From NCBI GenBank assembly GCA_963666285.1, contig OY762711.1: a stretch of 64,000 bases of DNA, one strand, 5' to 3'. This DNA comes from Sedimentisphaerales bacterium. GTDB lineage: Bacteria > Planctomycetota > Phycisphaerae > Sedimentisphaerales > SM23-30. The translations under genes were made by a program, and so were the position numbers. A model generated the notes under the pieces. It was not told the DNA's origin, ran no database searches, and saw only the letters and a list, made by a program, of their open reading frames with translations. Below are positions 32,208 through 39,660 of the stretch, piece by piece. Every line of letters starts with the position of its first letter. Position 1 is the stretch's first letter.

Positions 32208-33296
32208 TTGATGTCTGTTTTTAACCTTTTAATTATAGAAGATGATGATCGTGATATCCAAATATGTAAATCTACAATTACAAGATATATGAAAGAAAAA
32301 AAACGTAATATTAATGTTGAATATTGTAAAGATAAAGAGTCAGCTTTGTCTATGATTTCAAACAAATTTGATGGAACAATTATCGATCTTAAACTTGATG
32401 ACACTGATGATTATGTCGGAAATGACCTTGTTAGTGAGATTCGGAAACGGTATAGAATACCGATTTCTATTTTGACGGGAACACCTGGTCAGTATGATGG
32501 AAAAGATGACTTTATTAAAGCATATAAAAAAGGGGAGACAGGGTATGGTGATATTCTTGATGTATTTTATGAGATTTACGATACTGGATTAACAAAGATT
32601 CTTGGAGGGAGAGGGTTGATTGAAGATCACATGACAGATATATTTTGGAGCAATATACTTCCTCAGTTAGAAAAATGGAAGCAGTATTGTACATGTGGCA
32701 AAGATACTCAAAGTGCATTATTGCGGGTAACACTAAATCATCTTATGGATGTTCTGGATGAAGATGCTGAAAGTTATTTTCCTGAAGAAATGTATATCAA
32801 TCCACCTCTAGCAAAAAGATATAAAACAGGAAGCATTGTGAAAAAGAAAGAATCTGAGGGAAAATATGTTATTCTTAGTCCTGCTTGTGATATGGCAATA
32901 AGAAATGATAAACCAAAAACTGATAGAGTATTGCTGTGTTGTATTGAGAGTTTCGTAAAAGGTAAGTCATTAATTAAAAAGGCAAATAGGGGCGAGGTTG
33001 AAATAAGAAGTAAGGCAATAGATCAAATTGATAGAATAATTAAAAATAACTGTGCATTATATTATCATTTTTTGCCCCAAACTATGCACTTTGAGGGAGG
33101 AGTTGTTAATTTTAGAAAAATTGAAACTTATTCAATTAAAGAGTTTCATTCATTATTTTCTGAAATTAAAGTACAGCTGACTTCACCGTTTATAAAAGAT
33201 GTTATTGCAAGGTTTTCATCATATTATGCTCGTCAAGGGCAACCTGATTTGAATTTTGATGAACTTAGAGACGAAATTGTTAACTATGAATTCTAA
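32208..33296 (+). CDS. Receiver-domain protein with uncharacterised C-terminal domain
   Basis: LIIEDD, IIDLKL (phospho-Asp), ILTG, YKK; C-terminal LSPACD...YYARQGQP with no recognisable HTH. Likely start ATG 32211. Confidence 0.8.
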   Translation: MMSVFNLLIIEDDDRDIQICKSTITRYMKEKKRNINVEYCKDKESALSMISNKFDGTIIDLKLDDTDDYVGNDLVSEIRKRYRIPISILTGTPGQYDGKDDFIKAYKKGETGYGDILDVFYEIYDTGLTKILGGRGLIEDHMTDIFWSNILPQLEKWKQYCTCGKDTQSALLRVTLNHLMDVLDEDAESYFPEEMYINPPLAKRYKTGSIVKKKESEGKYVILSPACDMAIRNDKPKTDRVLLCCIESFVKGKSLIKKANRGEVEIRSKAIDQIDRIIKNNCALYYHFLPQTMHFEGGVVNFRKIETYSIKEFHSLFSEIKVQLTSPFIKDVIARFSSYYARQGQPDLNFDELRDEIVNYEF

Positions 33297-33320
33297 GAAA
33301 GGCTCATTCTGTCTAGCTCC

Positions 33321-33794
33321 CTAAATCATAATCTTAGCTAACTCCAGGTTCTTTTTTGAGCAGCTAACATACCAGGCGTTCATCCGTTTGTCCCAGCTTC
33401 TGATTTTTAGAAATAGATCCCAGGAGAACTCGTGGATAGATTTCAGGGTAAGGTCGTTGTTGAGTTTGACGAGAAGCAAGTATTCAAATAATTGTTTATC
33501 CGGGTTACTGATGTCCGGATAAACTGTTCCTGTCTTTTTGGCTTTGAGGTTGGTCTTGATGGAATAGCGTTCACCGTCGCGAGAGATAGCATCGACGTTT
33601 TTTGTTCCAGTTGGGGCCGCGAATAGGACAGGCAGGCTGGCAGTGGAATTGAAATGCTCGATAGCAAGTTCTTCGCCGATATCTCCGATGCTGAAAGATA
33701 TACCCCTTTTACCCATTTCGACTTCCAGGGATGCTCTGAGTTTTTTAAGTTCGCTGTCAAATAGTTTTTCCAGATTTATGTTTTGTATTTTCAT
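33321..33794 (-). CDS. Putative small PD-(D/E)xK-fold endonuclease
   Basis: GDIGEELA...KNVDA...RYSIK pattern (E...D...xxK); located in methylase/Vsr cluster. Confidence 0.6.
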   Translation of the reverse strand: MKIQNINLEKLFDSELKKLRASLEVEMGKRGISFSIGDIGEELAIEHFNSTASLPVLFAAPTGTKNVDAISRDGERYSIKTNLKAKKTGTVYPDISNPDKQLFEYLLLVKLNNDLTLKSIHEFSWDLFLKIRSWDKRMNAWYVSCSKKNLELAKIMI

Positions 33795-33800
33795 GAGATT

Positions 33801-33841
33801 AATTTACCACTATTGCCTGATTATGTCAAGTGGTGTATAAT
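33801..33841. promoter_or_regulatory. Overlapping divergent sigma70-type promoters
   Basis: Minus strand: TTGACA (33829-33824)-17 bp-TAAATT (33806-33801). Plus strand: TTGCCT (33813-33818)-17 bp-TATAAT (33836-33841). Confidence 0.7.
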
Positions 33842-33909
33842 TGTTTTAACCGGATTGCTGATGTCCGGATAGTATTGGAAAAGAAAAAAACATAAAAGGA
33901 GTTTCTGTT

Positions 33910-34170
33910 ATGTATGATAAACAAATCGAATCAATTACTGATGTTCATGACTTTTTCACTTATCTTATTGATATTGAATCTCTGAATTTACACCCTGATA
34001 TTGAGTTTTCTGATTACGTATCCATTGCAAAGGGAGAAAAGACACTTGATGATAGTCAAGCTCTGCACTATCAGAAGTTACTTGACGATGCTTTTGCTGT
34101 ATGTGAAAAGTCCGGGATTTGTATATATGATATTGGTCTGAAAATATTTATGAGCAGGCTAAATAATTAA
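33910..34170 (+). CDS. Small acidic hypothetical protein
   Basis: AAGGAG RBS; 86 aa; stop abuts the vsr start; LNLHPD..F.DY motif. Confidence 0.7.
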   Translation: MYDKQIESITDVHDFFTYLIDIESLNLHPDIEFSDYVSIAKGEKTLDDSQALHYQKLLDDAFAVCEKSGICIYDIGLKIFMSRLNN

Positions 34171-34599
34171 ATGGCGGATGTGTTGACGAGAAAGCAGCGG
34201 CGATATAATATGTCGCAGATAAAGGGTAAGGATACGAAGCCAGAGATGGTAGTGCGTAAGCTGTTGCATGGTCTTGGGTATCGGTACCGGCTGCATGGCA
34301 AGGGGCTGCCGGGCAGGCCTGACCTGGTGTTTGCGGGCAGGAAGAAAGTGGTCTTTGTTAACGGGTGCTATTGGCATAGGCATGAATGTGAACTGGGTAG
34401 GCCGGTGCCGGGTACGAGGACGAAGTTCTGGTTAGAGAAGTTTGCACTTACGGTTGAGCGTGACCGGGAGAATTATGCGAAGCTTAAAGAGGGAGGCTGG
34501 GAGGTATTGGTTGTGTGGGAGTGTGAGCTTAAGGATATGGGGAAGCTGGAAGTGAAGCTGGTGGAGTATTTGAGGGAGAAGGAAAGCTTCGCTAAATGA
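34171..34599 (+). CDS. vsr: Very short patch repair endonuclease
   Basis: DVLT..QR.YNMSQIKGKDTKPE, LPGRPDLVF, GCYWH.H, GWEVLVVWECE. Confidence 0.95.
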   Translation: MADVLTRKQRRYNMSQIKGKDTKPEMVVRKLLHGLGYRYRLHGKGLPGRPDLVFAGRKKVVFVNGCYWHRHECELGRPVPGTRTKFWLEKFALTVERDRENYAKLKEGGWEVLVVWECELKDMGKLEVKLVEYLREKESFAK

Positions 34600-34786
34600 A
34601 AAATGAAAAGTGAAAATGAAAAGTTGAGGTGTCCTGAAGTACGTTGACATCAGGAATAATTTGCTGACGCGAGTTATTTTAAATCGCGCGGGTGGGAAAA
34701 TGCTTTACCACGAATGAACGCGAATAAACACCAATAATATATAAGGTGACTCGCTACCGCTCGTGTTTTATTAATAATATTTTATA

Positions 34787-34915
34787 TTATAGAACGATTC
34801 TTTCCCATTGTAATTTTGGATATTTTAAATTAAGGATTAGGCCCATACGAAGATTAGAAATTCTGAGGTAAATTATTATTTGACCTTTTTCGTTGCGGAT
34901 AAGTTTGCCAGCTAA
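34787..34915 (-). pseudogene. C-terminal remnant of a GxxExxY-family gene
   Basis: EKGQIIIYLRISNLRMGLILNLKYPKLQWERIVL* resembles the family C-terminus (Q..NYL....L..GL..NF....L...R.V). Upstream frame is repeat-derived. Confidence 0.55.
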
Positions 34916-35392
34916 AATATATAAGAGGTGAACCACGGATTCACACCGATGGACACTGATTTTATTGCTGAGGAGGCGAGCTACGCTAAATGAAAAGTGA
35001 AAAATGAAAAGTTGAGGTGTCCTGATGTATGTTGACATCAGGAATAATCCGCATTCGCGGACGACTTGTTTTAAAGCTGGCGCGGGAGTAAAGATTGAAC
35101 CATGAATCCGCCTGCGGTGGGAAAATGCTTTACCACTGAAATAACTGAGGAGACGGAAAAAGGAAATATGACATATACGACGTATGCGACATATAGGACA
35201 GATAGGACAAATAATGTCTGAGATCTGAAAAGATTGTGTTGCTGTTGTTCGACTTGCAGCGCTCGCTCAGGACAGGCGAGTGACCAAGTTTAAATCGGCT
35301 GGCTCCGAATATGCCGAGCTCCGCCTGAGGCGGATATCATTCAGCTCGGCGTTGGCAGGAATTATGAGTCGCTGCGCGACGGCTGGTTTATT

Positions 35393-35416
35393 GTCAGGCA
35401 GGGATGCCTGACCTAC
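35393..35416 (-). repeat. GTAG-type REP element
   Basis: Minus strand reads GTAG-GTCAGGCA-TCCC-TGCCTGAC: tetranucleotide plus perfect 8-bp hairpin. Confidence 0.65.
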
Positions 35417-35980
35417 TATGTCCTTAACGATGTTGGTTTGGATGGAGATTGGAAGATATTAAGCAGAGTGGTTTTGATAAGATTTGTCTCTCGCAGAGGA
35501 CGCAAAGCTCGCAAAGAAAGGGAGTGAAGTTAATGAAGGAAGGGAGAGGGAGAGGAAAAAAGTAAACGGTAAGAGGTGAGAGGTAAGAATTGATGTGTCC
35601 TGATGTACGTTGACATCAGGAATAATCCGCATTCGCGGACGACATGTTTTAAAGCTGGCGCGGGAGTAAAGATTGAACCATGAATCCGCCTTCGGCGGGA
35701 AAATGCTTTACCACGAATCAGAAGAGTTAGAAGCAAGAAGCGAGGAGGGAGAGGTACCAGGTAAAAAGTAAGAGGGAAGAGGGAAGAGTTGAGGTGTCCG
35801 CTTCGCGGACGGCTTGTTTTAAACGGCTAACGCCTAAAAGAGAACCACCGATAACCAATAATATAAGGTGACTCGCTACCGCTCGTGCTTTATTAATATA
35901 GGGGTGAGGTGGTTTAGGTGGTGTAAGTGGTTGTTATTTATGTGGTTATGGGGGTTTAGGGTAAAAAATAATAAATTAAT

Positions 35981-36028
35981 TTGCAAGTTGGTGTATGTGG
36001 GTGTATAGTGTATTATGTAAGTAATACA
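35981..36028 (+). promoter_or_regulatory. Promoter and putative YtrA/GntR operator
   Basis: TTGCAA-17 bp-TATAGT followed by and overlapping the palindrome TGTATTA-N6-TAATACA (36009-36028). Confidence 0.7.
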
Positions 36029-36241
36029 GTGATACTATAAGCAATAAAGCGTAGCTGTATTGCTTAGGAGTGAAGAGTGATGAACGAAGGGTGAAGAATT
36101 AAGGTGTCCCGATGTGCGTCGGGACCATATTTTAATGCTGACGCAAAGAATATCGACAAGTGCTTCATAGTTTGTTAATGCTGATGCCTGACAGGCGGAA
36201 GCAGTTAAGAACTAGAAATGAATTTTTAAGGTGGAACCTTA

Positions 36242-36646
36242 ATGTTAATAGAGTTAGATCATCATAGCGGCGTGCCAATCTATCGTCAGATAATCGATCA
36301 GATCCGGCATGCGATAATTGCCGGAGAGCTGGGCGAGGGCGAGCAGCTGGAGACAGTTCGCGAGCTGGCGGGTCGGCTGAAGGTAAACCCGATGACGGTA
36401 AGTAAGGCGTATTCGATGCTGGAGATGGAGAAGCTGGTGGAGCGAAGGCGTGGGATCGGGCTGTTTGCTGCGAAGGTTGACGGGCCTGATGTTGATGTTG
36501 CCAAACGAGAGATGGTGGCACAGGCGATGGATCAGGCGGCGATGACGGTAATACAGCTGGGTTGTGATGAGGAAGAGGCGGTTAGGATGTTCAGGGAGCA
36601 GATAAAGAAATTAAGAATTAAGGCCACCACTAAAAATTCATTTTAA
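36242..36646 (+). CDS. GntR-family regulator, YtrA subfamily
   Basis: PIYRQI..QIR..I..GEL..GEQL.TVRELA..L.VNPMTVSKAY..LE; short C-terminal domain; upstream of ABC genes. Confidence 0.92.
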   Translation: MLIELDHHSGVPIYRQIIDQIRHAIIAGELGEGEQLETVRELAGRLKVNPMTVSKAYSMLEMEKLVERRRGIGLFAAKVDGPDVDVAKREMVAQAMDQAAMTVIQLGCDEEEAVRMFREQIKKLRIKATTKNSF

Positions 36647-36702
36647 GCGAGAGGTGGATCTCCACCTTTCGCAATGAAAGCAATTTCCAGAGGTAACCTT
36701 AA
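36618..36702 (+). mobile_element. Internally deleted family B element overlapping GntR 3' end
   Basis: TTAAGGCCACCACTAAAAATTCATTTT...AAAGCAATTTCCAGAGGTAACCTTAA. Confidence 0.65.
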
Positions 36703-36804
36703 GAAATCATAAGATAAAAATAGTTAGAAAATATTACCATGAAGGGCTTAGATAGGTCAAGTGAGCAACCTAAGAAAGGTATTAGGTACTTGGTATTAGG
36801 TGTT

Positions 36805-36960
36805 AGGGGAGGAAAGCCGCAGAAGAGAGTTAATAAGAAACAAGTAATAAGAAATAAGTTAAGGAAGTGACTTTGGTGAAGCTGATTGTTTGAAAGCGGA
36901 AAATGAGGAAATATAGATGAGTGTTGTAACGGAAAATATGAAACATATATATCAGAATAG
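36805..36960 (+). repeat. ~155-bp direct repeat (leader + first 15 codons), copy 1
   Basis: Near-identical to 39506-39660 (about 7 substitutions and 1 indel by eye). Confidence 0.92.
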
Positions 36961-38353
36961 AAGCTGTCTGGTATTTATGATAATCGTGACGGCGATAACT
37001 GTGCCGGTCGATCTTATGTTGATGCTGTGCGGTGACCTGGAGAAGGTAAGCTGGCAGCTGCCAGGGATATGGTGGATATCGGTGCTGGCGTTTTCGCTGT
37101 CGGCGTTGCGGGTAGATATAATGACGAAGGGCTTTTCGTATTGTATGCCGGGGGGGAAAGGACTTGCGTGGCAGGTGCTGCTGGTTTTTGGAGCGGCGGG
37201 CGCGATAATATGGTCGCTGAAATCCGTGGTTTTGATGGTGATATATGGTTTTCTGAAGCCGTCGTCGGTAGTGTCGATGACTTTGATGATGATTATGGCG
37301 GCGCAGGTGTCGTATTATCTGATATTGTTCTGGCTGAACGCGTGGCTGGGTACGAAGATTAATATGCCGACCGGGATAGGAGTAGTGATCTTTGAGCTGC
37401 TTATTTTGAATAAATTTAAGATAGAGCCGTATGCCATGGAGCCAGTTCAGCAGGCGGTAGTTGTGATGGTCGGGCTGGTAGTAACGTATATGTCGTGGAA
37501 CTACTGGACCAGAAGCGGGATGGCGAAGGATTATATTGGCAAGGTGTGGATATGTTCGCTGGGAGATGCGAGCCAAAGCCGGATCGAGAAATCACAGCGG
37601 TCGAGAGCAGAGAAGGTGTATGAGAAAAAGGGTAAACAGATAGAAGGAGTGACCAGGGCCGAAGATTATTTTATGGGTAAGATTAACGCTGCCGAGCGCG
37701 GCAGTAAACGGCAGTATATGTGGGGCAGTATATATTGTCATTTCGGCGCGTTTATGCCGGAGAAGAAAGTTATATCGCTAATGATATTTGTATTCTGGGG
37801 GGCGTTGATAGGTGCGACGTCATATTCACGGAACATAAACGGTTTCTGGTTTTTGTTTCCGTTTATGATGCAAATAGTAACTATTTTAACCAAACGCGAT
37901 TTCATTATGGCGGGGGTATTGTGCGGTCGTGAGAATATCTATCGGTCGATTATTTCGGTAGTGTTTTACTGGTATCGAGCGATACTGGTTGTAATGGCAA
38001 TAGCGATGATATTTACGGCGGTATGCAAGCTGTTTTTGCCTGGTATAGAGATAGGTGGGAAAGTATATACACCTGAATTTAAGTCTCTGTTAATATTGCT
38101 TTTTGTTGGAACTATAGTCGAGTTTTATGTGCTTAGTTTGTGTTTACTGTGGTATATGAAACCTGTCTTGAGTATTGGTTACCTGGTATTGCAGCCGACA
38201 ATAATGATTTATTTGACGGTGAAGTGCTTTTTTCCGATGAACCCATATGTTTGTTTGTACGCTTTCGGCTGGATTTGCATTTGCCTTGGTATATTTATGA
38301 AGGTTTTGAAAATGTATTGCGAGCGGTGTGATTTGGTGGTGAAGAAGAAATGA
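36917..38353 (+). CDS. Putative ABC transporter permease, paralog 1
   Basis: About 12 TM segments in two blocks; shares F.YCMPG, MA..Y.GK, FM.KI...GS..Q..WG motifs with 42445..43884. Confidence 0.75.
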   Translation: MSVVTENMKHIYQNRSCLVFMIIVTAITVPVDLMLMLCGDLEKVSWQLPGIWWISVLAFSLSALRVDIMTKGFSYCMPGGKGLAWQVLLVFGAAGAIIWSLKSVVLMVIYGFLKPSSVVSMTLMMIMAAQVSYYLILFWLNAWLGTKINMPTGIGVVIFELLILNKFKIEPYAMEPVQQAVVVMVGLVVTYMSWNYWTRSGMAKDYIGKVWICSLGDASQSRIEKSQRSRAEKVYEKKGKQIEGVTRAEDYFMGKINAAERGSKRQYMWGSIYCHFGAFMPEKKVISLMIFVFWGALIGATSYSRNINGFWFLFPFMMQIVTILTKRDFIMAGVLCGRENIYRSIISVVFYWYRAILVVMAIAMIFTAVCKLFLPGIEIGGKVYTPEFKSLLILLFVGTIVEFYVLSLCLLWYMKPVLSIGYLVLQPTIMIYLTVKCFFPMNPYVCLYAFGWICICLGIFMKVLKMYCERCDLVVKKK

Positions 38354-38356
38354 AAG

Positions 38357-38412
38357 AGTGAGAAGAGAGAAGAGAGAAGAGAGAAGTGAGAAGAGAGAAG
38401 TGAGAAGAGAGA
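38357..38412 (+). repeat. Heptamer tandem repeat GAGAAG(A/T), about 8 units
   Basis: GAGAAGAGAGAAGAGAGAAGAGAGAAGTGAGAAGAGAGAAGTGAGAAG... Confidence 0.85.
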
Positions 38413-38500
38413 GGTAAGAGGTAGCGAGTAATAAGTAACAAGTAATGAGAAATAAGTTAAAGAGGAAAATCGATTTTTTTAGTAAATAAGAAAGGGAAAA

Positions 38501-39460
38501 ATGAAACAGATAGTAAGCATAATATTGATAATATTGGGAATTGTGACGTATTTATATTTTGGCAGGAAACCGGATCTATTGAAAGAGGCAATGTTTAGCC
38601 CGGCCGGCAAAATACAGATGCTGATCGATAAGGGGGCAGATGTAAATAAAGTTAACGCTAACGGTCAGAATATTTTGTATATAGCAGCGGGTAATAATCC
38701 GCATCCAGGTGTTGTAGAAGTTCTGGTTGATGCCGGTGCTGATGTAAAAGCGGCCGGTAGTGACGGCTGGACAGCACTTCATGCGGCGTTATATCGAAAT
38801 TCGTCGCCAGAAACATTGAAGCTGCTGATAGATCACGGGGCAGAAGTTAACCGGCAGGGTAAAGACGGCTGGTCGCCGTTTCATGTGGCGTGTAAGTCGT
38901 GCTGGAGTGTTGAAAGCCTGGAGCTGCTGATGGAGAATGGAGCTGACCTTTCGCTGAAGACGGGGGCGGGAGATACGCCGTTAATTTGTGCGGTGAAATA
39001 TAATAATGCGAAAGTGATAAAATACCTGATCGATGCTGGTGCGGATGTTAATGCCGCAGATAATGATAAGCGAAGTGTTTTGCATTTGGCCTGTGTATTG
39101 AATTGTAAGCCGGAGATAATAAAGCTGCTTATTGATGCGGGTGCTGATGTTGGTGCTCGTGAGAAGTTTAATTGTACTCCGCTGCATCTGGCGGCCGGGT
39201 GTGCGAACGATCCGGTGATAATAGATATGTTTGTGGAAGCGGGTGCAGATGTTAACGCACAGGATGACGGCGGTCGGATACCGCTGCATGTCTTGGGTAA
39301 GCGAACGGATAACCCTGGTATTGTCGAGGCGCTGGTAAGGCATGGTTCGGATCTGACGATACTGAATAAGAAAGGTCAGACGCCGTTGGAATATGCACGT
39401 GAGAAAAACAGTAAAGTAATAATCGAAGCTTTAGAGAAAGCTGGTAATAACTCAAACTGA
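38501..39460 (+). CDS. Membrane-anchored ankyrin repeat protein
   Basis: N-terminal TM; about 8 repeats of G.TPLH.A...LL...GADVN. Confidence 0.93.
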   Translation: MKQIVSIILIILGIVTYLYFGRKPDLLKEAMFSPAGKIQMLIDKGADVNKVNANGQNILYIAAGNNPHPGVVEVLVDAGADVKAAGSDGWTALHAALYRNSSPETLKLLIDHGAEVNRQGKDGWSPFHVACKSCWSVESLELLMENGADLSLKTGAGDTPLICAVKYNNAKVIKYLIDAGADVNAADNDKRSVLHLACVLNCKPEIIKLLIDAGADVGAREKFNCTPLHLAAGCANDPVIIDMFVEAGADVNAQDDGGRIPLHVLGKRTDNPGIVEALVRHGSDLTILNKKGQTPLEYAREKNSKVIIEALEKAGNNSN

Positions 39461-39477
39461 CCGATGGTCAGTTTGAG
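39451..39477. repeat. 27-bp perfect palindrome (family D)
   Basis: CTCAAACTGACC-GAT-GGTCAGTTTGAG; contains the ankyrin TGA stop. Confidence 0.8.
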
Positions 39478-39505
39478 AGGCATAAGAGATAAGGGATAAG
39501 GCATA

Positions 39506-39660
39506 AGGGGAGGAAAGCCGCGGAAGAGAGTAATAAGAAACAAGTAATAAGAAGTAAGTTACGGAGGCGACTTCGGTGAAGCTGATTGTTTGAAAGCGGA
39601 AAATGAGGAAATATAGATGAGTGTTGTAACGGAAAATATGAAGCATATATATCAGAATAG
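39506..39660 (+). repeat. ~155-bp direct repeat, copy 2
   Basis: Matches 36805-36960; the two start codons are 2700 bp apart. Confidence 0.92.

Larger units (their letters stand above)
34590..35900 (+). repeat. Cluster of modular repeat family C plus REP-like units
   Basis: Repeated GTGTCCTGATGTACGTTGACATCAGGAATAAT(CCGCATTCGCGGACG)ACTTGTTTTAAA modules near 34626, 35014, 35595, 35790; related copies at about 28570, 28745, 36100, 41985, 45165. Confidence 0.8.

Noticed and set aside
34590..35900. Possible CRISPR array or integron attC array
   Set aside because: Repeats are irregular in length and spacing, with no unique equal-length spacers; no cas genes or integrase, and no consistent RYYYAAC/GTTRRRY ends seen.
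36805..39660. Diversity-generating retroelement or shufflon explanation for the 155-bp repeat
   Set aside because: No reverse transcriptase or recombinase in the window; the repeats are direct, at 5' ends, and include non-adenine differences.
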